Shown here: piece after piece, positions 30,296-39,131 of the stretch
Numbering within the stretch: the first letter of the stretch is position 1
Layout: every line of letters begins with the position of its first letter
NCBI GenBank assembly: GCA_030840585.1
Contig: JAVEEG010000211.1
Span: 1-48,025, forward strand
Reading direction: 5' to 3'
Length of the DNA stretch: 48,025 bases
Source: Frankiaceae bacterium
Lineage (GTDB): Bacteria > Actinomycetota > Actinomycetes > JAFAQI01
The notes under the pieces: generated by a model
What the model was told of the DNA's origin: nothing
Database searches by the model: none
Seen by the model: only the letters and a program-made list of their open reading frames with translations
Translations under genes and position numbers: made by a program

Positions 30296-30757
30296 TCAGC
30301 ACCCAGCCGCCGACAGCGGCGACCGCGCGTGCGCGGTGACATCGACCCGCATGCTCCGTACGCCGAACAGCCCGCCGAACGGGACCTTCGCCGCACCGCT
30401 CAGGTGCACGGTCACCGTCCCCGCATCGACCTGCACGCCGGCCGGATCGAGTTCGCGGAACGCGCGCCGTAAGTCGGCCTCGTCGTCCGCGACGGCGACG
30501 AGCACACGCCTGCGAGCCACGTCCGCGTCGATCGGCAGCACCGCGCCGCAGCCGCCGGCCGCGCCGGCATAGATCGCCGTACGGTCGACGGCTTGGGCGG
30601 CGCCGAGCGCGGCCGCATCAGCCGTCGAGGCGAGCGCCCGCCGGGCCAGGAACACCGCGGACACGTCGACCCCGACCACGATGAGAACCAACGCGACGGC
30701 GGCGTACCCGATCAGCAGCAAGGTGATCTGCCCGCCGTCGTCGCGCCGGGTCAACAC
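30296..30757 (-). CDS. TadG-like pilus assembly protein
   Basis: DDGGQITLL prepilin-like N-terminus, [10 protein letters not shown]. Confidence 0.82.
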   Translation of the reverse strand: MLTRRDDGGQITLLLIGYAAVALVLIVVGVDVSAVFLARRALASTADAAALGAAQAVDRTAIYAGAAGGCGAVLPIDADVARRRVLVAVADDEADLRRAFRELDPAGVQVDAGTVTVHLSGAAKVPFGGLFGVRSMRVDVTAHARSPLSAAGC

Positions 30758-31137
30758 GTGCCCGCGCCAGGGCCGGCGTAGCAGTCCAGCCGCTCGCGGT
30801 GGTGCGCCGACACGACGATGCCGGCGACACATCGCTGCCCGCACAACCACGAGGGCACGAACGGCAGCGTCACGGTACGGCGAAGATCGACCGTGAACGT
30901 CGAGCCGGGCGCGTACGAGCAATCGCCGCACGAGATCACCCGGCCGGTCGGCGCCCAGCGCACGCCGTGATCGCGCATCACCAGCGCCACCGCCTGCTCG
31001 GCGCGCTGCTCACCCGCGGCGTCGGACCCTGCGGTTGCGTACGCCCGCGCGGCCTCTCGGGCCGCCGCCGTCTCCGCGAACGCCGCCCGCTGCACCGACA
31101 ACGCAGCCATGACGACATAGACGAGCGGCACCATCAG
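30751..31137 (-). pseudogene. 5'-truncated TadE-like pseudopilin
   Basis: LMVPLVY..AAAREAARAY; the prepilin leader is missing and the frame abuts the left inverted repeat. Confidence 0.75.
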
Positions 31138-31166
31138 GGTGATGAGTGACGTGACACACCAAGATC
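31138..31166 (+). repeat. Left terminal inverted repeat
   Basis: ggtgatgagtgacgtgacacaccaagatc; imperfect similarity continues inward (atcacggttcggtaac). Confidence 0.9.
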
Positions 31167-31399
31167 GTTAGCGCATCACGGTTCGGTAACGCGACGGGTG
31201 GACCGGGGCTTGGAGGGGCGCCACGAGGCAGCTTCAGCCCGGCCGTTGCCGGGTTATTTGACAAGAATTGAGCGTGGCGCGCGCTTAGTGCCGGGTTTGT
31301 CCGAATGTTTTTCTCGACAGCCGCGTAAGCAATAGTCATTCTCGCCGGTATCTCACTGGACCGTGAGGAGTCGTCTCCTCACAGAAAAGAGGTACGGCG

Positions 31400-32377
31400 A
31401 TGGCTAGAACGACACGGCGGCGAGCCGCGATCATCGGCGTAGGGGTCTGTCTGCTGGCAGCGTGGGCGGCACCAGCGTCCGCGCACTACGTCTACGAGGT
31501 GGGCTTCACCTATGAGTCCTCAGACTTCAACCAGTGCGTAATTGGCTACGCCGAAAGCTCACACGGCCAGGCCGGCAACGGATACATGAAGGGCTACGTG
31601 ATGGCCACGAAGTCCCACATCAGCGGCAGCGGCTCCCACGCGACAAGGTTCGATTGCAATGAAGACCTCGGTTCGCCCGCGTCGCACTGGATCCGGCCAC
31701 CACAGAACCTCGCCATCAAGGACTACTACTTCCGGCTCAACCCCAACCCGCAACACAACAAGGCGTTCCCAAGCGACTGGAGCGTGTGCGAGTACTCCGA
31801 CTGGTTCTACAACCAGAAGTCCTCGTATGTGTTGAGTATCGCGGGCGAGATGCGCGGGCCCACGATCTGCGGAAACGGCTACTACGGCACGCTCTCCTAC
31901 GGCGACGTCAACAACGGAGGATGGCTGACAGGCTCGATTTGGAGCGGCGGCCACAAGCTGCCTGTTGCCCCAAAGACCGACGTGAACTCGACCGGCGATG
32001 TCGGGATCAATAACGTCTACGCGGGCCTTGATGCCGCACTCGCTGGCACAACTGACGGCGAGGTGGGTACCGACGGCCTTCTCAACCCGAGCATCGGCAG
32101 CGTCACGGTCGCCGGACCTGACGGCAACCCCGTCCTCAACCCGAACACCGGTGAGCCCATCCTCGTGAACTTGGACGCGATGTCCACCCCGCCGACAAAT
32201 CTCCCCGGCAACGTGTTCCAAGTGGCAACGGACCTCGCCGGGCAACCTACTTTCGACCAATTGGGTCTGCCGACAGGCGTCAACGCGGGTCCGCACGTTG
32301 CCCCTGTCGACCTCGGTACCGAGTTCTATATCGTTCCCACTCATGTCGCGGCGGAAGCTCTCATCGGTGCCCCATAA
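31400..32377 (+). CDS. Secreted hypothetical protein (transposon cargo)
   Basis: GAGG RBS; RRR + hydrophobic signal ending ASA; aromatic/Cys-rich N-domain. Confidence 0.8.
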   Translation: MARTTRRRAAIIGVGVCLLAAWAAPASAHYVYEVGFTYESSDFNQCVIGYAESSHGQAGNGYMKGYVMATKSHISGSGSHATRFDCNEDLGSPASHWIRPPQNLAIKDYYFRLNPNPQHNKAFPSDWSVCEYSDWFYNQKSSYVLSIAGEMRGPTICGNGYYGTLSYGDVNNGGWLTGSIWSGGHKLPVAPKTDVNSTGDVGINNVYAGLDAALAGTTDGEVGTDGLLNPSIGSVTVAGPDGNPVLNPNTGEPILVNLDAMSTPPTNLPGNVFQVATDLAGQPTFDQLGLPTGVNAGPHVAPVDLGTEFYIVPTHVAAEALIGAP

Positions 32378-32543
32378 CCAGCGAAAGCGGCGCGCAGCCG
32401 CACTCGCGCTGCGCGCCGCCCTCGCTGGCGCTGTCGCGTTCGGCGCTGTCGCGTGCAAGGACTCGCCGCCACGCAACGATTGCAAGAAACTAGGGGTGTG
32501 CTTCCCAGGCCAGACGCCACCCATCACGCCGACGCCGACCTGA
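32367..32543 (+). CDS. Small putative lipoprotein
   Basis: Basic N-terminus, hydrophobic stretch, lipobox-like AVAC; overlaps the upstream stop. Confidence 0.5.
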   Translation: MPHNQRKRRAAALALRAALAGAVAFGAVACKDSPPRNDCKKLGVCFPGQTPPITPTPT

Positions 32544-32553
32544 CGCCCCGCAC

Positions 32554-32682
32554 CTACCCCGAAGTGCCCTCGTCCTCGGACGGGGGCGCTTCCTTTTTGT
32601 CGTCCGGCTTGACGGCCAGCAGGGCGCTCTCGGCGTCGAGTGGCGCGAGGCTCACCCGCTCGTCGTCGTCGCGCTCGGTCAC
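32554..32682 (-). CDS. Small acidic protein (VTERDDDERVSLAPLDAESALLAVKPD...)
   Basis: Resembles short ORFs I recall beside actinobacterial IS1595 transposases; not verified. Confidence 0.4.
   Translation of the reverse strand: MTERDDDERVSLAPLDAESALLAVKPDDKKEAPPSEDEGTSG
32561..32598 (+). terminator. Rho-independent terminator
   Basis: gaagtgccctcgtcc/ggacgggggcgcttc stem followed by cttttt. Confidence 0.7.
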
Positions 32683-32708
32683 GCGGTTCACGGTACGCCA
32701 CGGGCCCG

Positions 32709-32778
32709 TGGACCGGCCGGGAGTCGAACCCGAAGATCGGCTATCCAAGGGCCTTACGCGCACCGACGCAACCGGCCG
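32709..32778 (-). ncRNA. tRNA-like element (70 nt)
   Basis: T-arm TCGGG-TTCGACT-CCCGG; acceptor-like CGGCCGG/CCGGTCC-A; degenerate D and anticodon arms. Confidence 0.45.
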
Positions 32779-32874
32779 GGATTCGCCGTGATCAGCGAAT
32801 CCCGGCCGCCATCTTTGTCCACAACCGCGCCCGAAACAACGGGATTTCCCATTGCTACCGCCTAGGCTTCCGAT

Positions 32875-33900
32875 GTGCGTGAGGAGCCGACTCCGGGGCA
32901 GTTGGAGAGCAGCCGCGTGTCCCGGGTGGCCCGACAGCAGCTCGACCGGGTCGAGGTGGCCGTTCACTACATGGAGCAGGCTGCGCAACTGCTCGCCGAA
33001 AGCGGCTTGCCCGTTGACGCATCGTTGGATGACGCGATCAAGCGCACCCGCGACGCCCGCCGGTCCCTGCGGGCGAAGGTCTCCGGATGGGTGGAGTCGC
33101 GTCGCCGACCCAAGGCCAACCCCTCTGCCGAGCGATGCACAGTGTTTCTCGACGAGTGCGGTCAGCACATGGTCACCGCACCGGATTCCTTTCCCGTGTT
33201 CGTGCTCGCTGCCGTAATTATCCGTGATGTCGACTATCCGGTGGTCGACGCTGCCTGGAAGCGATGGAAGATCGAAAACCTCGGCAAGGACGCCCTGGTT
33301 CACGAGCCAGATATCCGGAGGCTGCGGTATGCCTTCATGGGCCAGGAGGAGGCAATTGAGCGGCTGCCCGCGATTCTGGCCTCTCTGGATTTTGTGGCAA
33401 TCGCGGTTGTGGTGCATCGCACGGATTACGTCGCCGATTTCGGCACCGGACCAATAGACGAAAGCCTCCCCCAACACGCCTACCTGCTGGCCCTCGACGT
33501 ACTGACCGAGCGGCTGGCGCTAGCCCTGGACCGACACTTCGACGGAGCGACAGCGCATGTGGTTGCGGAGTCTCGCGGCACCAAGGAAGATGCCCAGCTT
33601 CAACACGAGTTCGCCCGCCTTCACCTTCAAGGCACGTCGTACATCTCGCCGGCATGGTTCCGGCAGCAACTACATCCGGGCATCAAGTTCATGGGCAAGC
33701 AGGAGAACAACACCGGGCTTCAGTTGGCCGACTTGCTCGCTCGTCCGGTCGGCGAGAAAGTGTTGGATCCTGAAAGCGATCCCGACCGATGGAGTGTGTT
33801 CCGCGACAAACTCTGTCCGGGCGAAGAAACGAAGAATTCGATTCTCGGATTGAAGATTTTGCCGTGGCGCGAGAAGTACAAAGACATTTGGAAAAGCTGA
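32875..33900 (+). CDS. DUF3800-like RNase H-fold protein with N-terminal helical extension
   Basis: VFLDECG, FVLAAV, VAESRG, GLQLADLLARP, GLKILP. Confidence 0.85.
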   Translation: MREEPTPGQLESSRVSRVARQQLDRVEVAVHYMEQAAQLLAESGLPVDASLDDAIKRTRDARRSLRAKVSGWVESRRRPKANPSAERCTVFLDECGQHMVTAPDSFPVFVLAAVIIRDVDYPVVDAAWKRWKIENLGKDALVHEPDIRRLRYAFMGQEEAIERLPAILASLDFVAIAVVVHRTDYVADFGTGPIDESLPQHAYLLALDVLTERLALALDRHFDGATAHVVAESRGTKEDAQLQHEFARLHLQGTSYISPAWFRQQLHPGIKFMGKQENNTGLQLADLLARPVGEKVLDPESDPDRWSVFRDKLCPGEETKNSILGLKILPWREKYKDIWKS

Positions 33901-33960
33901 AGGGGCTGCTCGTAAGAGCAACCCCTATCCGCCGACCAGGCAAATGCCAAGCCCACTTGC
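33901..33960 (+). ncRNA. Candidate DUF3800-associated structured RNA
   Basis: Hairpin aggggctgctc-GTAA-gagcaacccct starting immediately after the stop, then gccgacc-a-ggca-aa-tgcc-aagccca; no U tract. Confidence 0.55.
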
Positions 33961-34030
33961 TGTCCACCCTACACAGTTGCTACGACAGTTCAAGCCGCCG
34001 AACGGGTGGACTTGCTTGACGTGTCGAGCG

Positions 34031-35024
34031 CTACGCCGCGCCGGTCAGTGGCTTGTACGTGAGCCGCCGACCCCCGGTCTGCTCGACCAGCACCCGCATC
34101 CGGGTCGAGTCGTCCAGCTTGTGCGTGGTCCGTAGGAAATCGTGCTGGGCGAGGTAGCGGGCCAGGTGCTCGCGGCTGACGTGGTGGTGCGTGCCGTCGA
34201 TCGACCGCTTGACATGGCCGAAATACGCCTCGACCTGATTGGTCGTATAGCCGTTGGCGTTCACGTACTCGTCGCGGCAATGGACGACGCGCTCATGGCC
34301 CTTCATCTCGCCGGAGAACGCGCCGTAGCCCTTCGCCTCGTCGGTGACCAGGGTTGTCGCGCCCATCTCGACCTCATCGGCGATAGCGGCGCGCAGCGTG
34401 CCGCCTTTCACGTCGGCGATCACACGGGAACGAACCTCGCCCGTGCGGGTATCCACACCAGCGCGAACACGACTGGCTTGTCGGTCTTGATGCGCGTGCC
34501 CATCCAGCCGCGCCGTGGCGCACGCTTCGCCTTCGATTGGTTCTGCGGCTTGCCGCCGTACCACGACTCGTCGGCCGCGACCGTGCCGGACAGCAGGCCT
34601 GCCAGTGGGTCGCGCTTCATCGCCTCACGGATGCGGTGGAGCATGAACCACGCGGTCTTGTTCGTGAGGTCGTACTTGCGCTCGATCTCTCGCGCGGCTA
34701 AGCCGTTCTTCGACGCGACCATTTCCAAGATCACCAGCACCCAGGTCCGCACCGGGATCTTCGTGCCGGGAAAGATCGTGCCGACCAGCACGGTGAACTG
34801 CTTGCGGCAGGCGTTGCACTTCCACACCCGCCGCTCGGTCGGCTTGCCCGTCCGGGTCGCGCGGGACACGCCGTTCACGGGCTGCAGGTGGGTCGCCTGG
34901 CCGACCGTGCCGCAATGCGGGCACACCGGCTCCGAACCCCAACGCAACTGCTCAAGCGGCTCATACGCCGCCGCTTCGGACGTGAGGCGGCGCATCAGCG
35001 ATGGGACCGAAACTCTTGCTTCAC
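34031..35024 (-). pseudogene. IS1595-family (ISXO2-like) transposase, frameshifted
   Basis: CPHC..CNAC zinc ribbon, TAWFMLHRIREAM, ADES, TDE, TNQVE, HHVS..HL.RYL; extra TG near 34455 splits the frame; possible 1-bp loss near 35010. Confidence 0.88.
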
Positions 35025-35106
35025 AACCCGATAGTGGCAGGCGGGTGCGACAGTTTTTCTGCCTTCCGACCTGCGACAACACCGGGAGGCAACACGGACT
35101 TTCCGA

Positions 35107-36555
35107 CTAGGCCGTGGCAGCGGCGGCGCCCTTGTCGCTCGCAACCAACTCCTCGGCCGTGGGCAGCGCGCGGCCCGACGTGGGCGGCGTGAGCGGGAGT
35201 TCCGTGACGACAGCACCTTTGGGCATCAGCGGCCCATAGAACTCGTCCTTGGCGTCGAGAAGCGACTGAACGGTGACCAGCGTGATGTCCAACCCGTCCT
35301 GCACTCGGGCGCGCGCCACCTCTTCACGTGCGTTGCGCGTGAACGAGAAGGCGATGATGTAGCCCGTCGTCTTGCCGGCTCGGCGCATTGCCGTCTCGAA
35401 GTTGTCGACCACGTTGCGCCCCACCTTGTCCGACTGTTTGACCTGGATGGGGTCGTGGACCATGAACGAGTAGCCATCGATTCCCATGTCTCCGGACTTG
35501 CGGGGGGCCGATGTGCCGAACACCTTGGAAATGATCCAGTTCTGGAACTCGAAGGGCTTCAGCGTCCGTAGGGCGTCGGCCGTTGTCGGGAGTCCAACGA
35601 GGCTGGCCCGCACAGCGCCGTTCGTGGCCTTGATCAGCCGCCGCTGCACCAGGTTGACGGCCGTAGGCGAAATGTCGATGCCCACCCATTGTCGACCAAG
35701 GCGCTGCGCCACCGCGATAGTCGTGCCGCAGCCACAGAACGGGTCGAGCACAACGTCGCCCTTGTCCGAGCTTTGCTCGATGATGCGTTCCAGCAGCGCC
35801 TCGGGCTTCTGCGTCGGATAGCCGAGACGTTCGCGCGCCATCGGGTTGAGCGCGTTCACGTCCGTCCACACGTCGTCGATCTGCACCCGGCCGCTGCTCT
35901 CGTTCAAGTACTGCTTGTAGGAATACTTCGCACCGGGCCGAACGGGCTGGATGAGGCGGTCCTCGCGCTCCAGGCGCTCCAACGTTTCCTGGCTATAGGT
36001 CTTCAGTAGCGTCTTGCGGTAATAGCCGCGAGAGTCTTTCCACTTGAACCGCGCCAGGTATTGCTGGCTGTACGGGAGGGTCGGTGGATGCCAGGTCCAG
36101 GTCTTGCCCTTCGTATAGAACAGGATCAGGTCGTGGCTGCGAGGTAACTGCTGCGCGCGGGCTTTGCTGCTTCCGGAGAACGGCGTTCGCTTCCACACCA
36201 CCTCATTGCGGAAATGCTCCGGGCCGAACACGGCGTCGAGCATCTGCTTCAGGTAATGACTGGCGTGAGGGTCGCAATGGAGGTAGAGGGAGCCTGTTGG
36301 CTTCAGTACCCGGTGCATCTCCTGCACGCGATCGCGCATCCAGCCGAGATAGACCTGAAGGCCGCCTTCCCAGCGGTCCTCGAATGATCGAACCTCGGCC
36401 TCATCGCCCCAAATCACCTCGTAGGTGCGGTTGCTGAAGAAGGGCGGATCCAGGTAGATGAGGTCAACCGATTCGGCCGGCATGTGCGCGAGCCGTGACA
36501 GGTTGTCCTCGCAATACAAGACGCCTGTTTCCAGCGTCGACCCACGTGTGGGCAT
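35107..36555 (-). CDS. N4/N6 DNA methyltransferase fused to a C-terminal Mrr-like endonuclease domain
   Basis: IYLDPPF, YPTQKPEALL, LDPFCGCGTT; then FEFQNW..GDMGIDG..IQVK. Confidence 0.88.
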   Translation of the reverse strand: MPTRGSTLETGVLYCEDNLSRLAHMPAESVDLIYLDPPFFSNRTYEVIWGDEAEVRSFEDRWEGGLQVYLGWMRDRVQEMHRVLKPTGSLYLHCDPHASHYLKQMLDAVFGPEHFRNEVVWKRTPFSGSSKARAQQLPRSHDLILFYTKGKTWTWHPPTLPYSQQYLARFKWKDSRGYYRKTLLKTYSQETLERLEREDRLIQPVRPGAKYSYKQYLNESSGRVQIDDVWTDVNALNPMARERLGYPTQKPEALLERIIEQSSDKGDVVLDPFCGCGTTIAVAQRLGRQWVGIDISPTAVNLVQRRLIKATNGAVRASLVGLPTTADALRTLKPFEFQNWIISKVFGTSAPRKSGDMGIDGYSFMVHDPIQVKQSDKVGRNVVDNFETAMRRAGKTTGYIIAFSFTRNAREEVARARVQDGLDITLVTVQSLLDAKDEFYGPLMPKGAVVTELPLTPPTSGRALPTAEELVASDKGAAAATA

Positions 36556-36666
36556 AGCGCCTCCTGGGGGAAGTCAGGACTCGCTGAGCCCGACTTGGAT
36601 ATCAGGGAATTCACAAACCCACTAGCCGGTCGTCCGGACGTGTTACTGAATCGTGATACCCGTGAT

Positions 36667-36695
36667 GATCTTGGTGTGTCACGTAACTCATCACC
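36667..36695 (-). repeat. Right terminal inverted repeat
   Basis: Reverse complement ggtgatgagttacgtgacacaccaagatc, 28/29 identical to the left repeat. Confidence 0.9.
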
Positions 36696-37095
36696 GCGGT
36701 CACCGAGCTGCGTCAACGCCTCCGGCAGCGAGAGACCGGCGCGGACCGCGGACGCGAGATTGTCGACGACGTCCGGCCACAGGTCGCGCCGTTCGGCCGC
36801 CCGCAACCGACCCCGGCGCAACACCAGCGCGACCGGTGCGTACGCACCAAACCCGCCGAACGCCAACGCGATCGCGAGCGATCCCGAGACCGCCGCCACC
36901 GCGAGGAACACGAACAGTCCGCAGCCGGCGACCCCGGCGGACAACCGGTGCCGCGACGAACCGGGGAGGCCGGCTCGGCTGCATGCCTCGGCCAGCCAGC
37001 CGGGGGCCCGATGGCGCCGCCGGCCGCGACCACCGGGCGCGCAGTAACAGCAGCGCACCGAGCCCGGCGAGCAGGCCGACGGCAGCACCGGTCAC
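36696..37095 (-). pseudogene. TadB-like (T2SS F family) gene, frameshifted and 3'-truncated
   Basis: GTGA overlap with cpaF; frame switch near 36995 (ccag-ccag duplication); WPDVVDNLASAVRAGLSLPEAL then the inverted repeat. Confidence 0.82.
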
Positions 37096-38333
37096 CGGCT
37101 GCCCTCGTCGGGCGGCGAAAACAGGAGCCGGGCCAGGTCGATGCCGGTGGCGACGAACCGTTCCGGGTGCGGCGGCCATCCGTCCGCGCGGACCAAACGG
37201 CCGCCGCGCGTGACGAACAGATCCGCCACCTCGATTACGTCGCCTTCGACCCGGCCCGGCACGCCGACGATCTCGCTCACGATGCGCCGGCCCTGTCCGT
37301 CGCGCGCAATATGCACGACGACGTCAACACTGTTGGCCACCGTCGGTACGACGAACGCGTGGGTCACGTTCTCGCCCGCGAGCAGTGGCAGCGTGCACAT
37401 CTTCGTGATCGCCTCACGCGCCGAGTTGGCGTGCAGCGAACACATCCCGGGGACGCCGGAGTTCAAGGCGACCAGAAGATCCAGGCACTCTTCCTGCCGG
37501 ACCTCACCGACGATGAGCCGATCCGGACGCATCCGGAGCGACTCTTTGACCAAGCGCCGCAACGTGATCTCGCCGGTGCCCTCGAGATTCGGTGGGCGGG
37601 TCTGCATGGCGACGACGTCGGGCAGCGACAGCCGTAGCTCGAACACTTCCTCGCACGTCACGACCCGTTCCCGCGCCGGGATCGCGGCGGCCAGGCAGTT
37701 GAGCAGCGTCGTCTTGCCGGCCTGAGTCCCGCCGGCGACGAGGATGTTCAGCCCGGCCGCGACAGCCGCGTCCAGGAACGCGGCCGCGGCCCGGGTCAAC
37801 GTGCCGAGAGCGACGAGTTCGTCCAGCGAGTACGCCGACAGCACGAACTTGCGAATGTTCACGGCCCAATGCCTTCGCGTGACGTCGGGGATGACGACGT
37901 GCAAGCGGGAACCGTCAGGCAAGGACGCGTCGACGAACGGCGCGCTCAGATCGAGCCGGCGGCCGGAGGTCTTCAGCATTCGCTCGACGAGTTCGCGAAC
38001 TTCGCGGTCGGCGAGCACCGTCGTCGTCAGTTCCGGTCCGGCCCGCCGGGCGACGAACACCCGGCCCGGCTCGTTGATCCAGATCTCCTCGACGCCGGGA
38101 TCGTCGAGGTAGCGCTGCAACGGCCCGAAGCCGGCGACCGCGTCGTACACCTCGCGGGCGGTCGCCGTAGCGTCACCGAGATCCGGCAGCGACGTCGTCA
38201 GCCGCCGCTGCGAGTAGCTGGCGACGACGTCATCGACGATGCGGCGGATTGCGGCGGCGTCGACCGCGGGGTCCAAGGCGCGGCTGCGCACCTGCTCCCG
38301 GACCTCGTCCTCGACAATCCCGACCGCCAGCAC
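37092..38333 (-). CDS. cpaF: CpaF/TadA pilus assembly ATPase
   Basis: GGTQAGKTT, CEEVFEL, LRMRPDRLIVGEVR, SLHANS. Confidence 0.93.
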   Translation of the reverse strand: MLAVGIVEDEVREQVRSRALDPAVDAAAIRRIVDDVVASYSQRRLTTSLPDLGDATATAREVYDAVAGFGPLQRYLDDPGVEEIWINEPGRVFVARRAGPELTTTVLADREVRELVERMLKTSGRRLDLSAPFVDASLPDGSRLHVVIPDVTRRHWAVNIRKFVLSAYSLDELVALGTLTRAAAAFLDAAVAAGLNILVAGGTQAGKTTLLNCLAAAIPARERVVTCEEVFELRLSLPDVVAMQTRPPNLEGTGEITLRRLVKESLRMRPDRLIVGEVRQEECLDLLVALNSGVPGMCSLHANSAREAITKMCTLPLLAGENVTHAFVVPTVANSVDVVVHIARDGQGRRIVSEIVGVPGRVEGDVIEVADLFVTRGGRLVRADGWPPHPERFVATGIDLARLLFSPPDEGSR

Positions 38334-38551
38334 GACAACTCCCGACTACGACAAGTGAGAAACGTGTCGGTAGGTATACGTGCTCAAGCGGGTCGGGCGC
38401 AACCCCCCTTGTGGACAACCCGGTTTCCGGGCCACCGCGGGCCCACGCTACGGGTGTGCCTACCCGTCAAACCTATGTTGCCAGCCGATACCGACGCATG
38501 GGAAGGTCCGGAACGTCGTCTATGTGCCACTTGTCGGGAGGTATCCACCGC

Positions 38552-38701
38552 ATGATCCGCCTTGCCATCGTGGTCGCGGCCACGGCCGTTGCGTCGCTGC
38601 TCGCCGCCGCGCCCGCATCGGCCACCGAGAGCTGCCACACGATCCACGGTCCCTTCCCGACGGTCGAGATGTGCATCAACATCCCCGTTCCCATCCAGTG
38701 A
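38552..38701 (+). CDS. Small secreted peptide (49 aa) with a Cys pair
   Basis: Signal ending PASA; mature TESCHTIHGPFPTVEMCINIPVPIQ. Confidence 0.65.
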   Translation: MIRLAIVVAATAVASLLAAAPASATESCHTIHGPFPTVEMCINIPVPIQ

Positions 38702-38709
38702 GGTCTCGC

Positions 38710-38967
38710 ATGCACGTCAACAAGCTCACCGCCACGCTCGTCGGGGCAGCCGCGCTCACGGCCGGGCTCGGCACCGCTGCGTCAGCCAGCACGGCCACCA
38801 CGGCGTCCAACCTGCCGATCGTCACCGTCACGCACGACAACGGCGGCGTGCAGGTCTACACCGGCGTGCCCGGTCAGCCGCTGCTCAGCGCCTCGGTCGA
38901 CAACCGCGGCATCTGCGGCGGCTTCAGCTACGAGGAAGGCTTCTGCATCCCGGTCAGCGTGGGCTGA
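38710..38967 (+). CDS. Small secreted protein (85 aa) with a Cys pair
   Basis: GAGG RBS; signal ending ASA; ends ICGGFSYEEGFCIPVSVG. Confidence 0.72.
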   Translation: MHVNKLTATLVGAAALTAGLGTAASASTATTASNLPIVTVTHDNGGVQVYTGVPGQPLLSASVDNRGICGGFSYEEGFCIPVSVG

Positions 38968-39131
38968 CCAACCGACCCGCCCGAGCGGCCGCAACCGGCG
39001 GCACCTTCGGGCAAAGCGTGGCCCCCACCAGCGGGGTGTAATCCACTTCAACAGTGAGGCTGTAACAGATCGTGGCCAGCACCCGCTGATCACGGTCAGG
39101 CCCAGAGGTAGGCATCGGCAGCCGCATCGAA

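Larger units (their letters stand above)
31138..36695. mobile_element. IS1595-family cargo transposon (5558 bp)
   Basis: 29-bp terminal inverted repeats with 1 mismatch, internal IS1595-type transposase, truncated host genes on both sides, visibly lower GC inside. Confidence 0.88.

Noticed and set aside
32709-32778. Functional tRNA gene
   Set aside because: First acceptor pair mismatched, D and anticodon arms non-canonical; kept only as tRNA-like
36414-36695. TadB C-terminus continuing into the element
   Set aside because: Read-through into the inverted repeat with no TadB-like sequence
31130-36703. Target-site duplication, or an invertible segment between the repeats
   Set aside because: Flanks differ, no recombinase is present, and the interior holds none of the missing tad sequence
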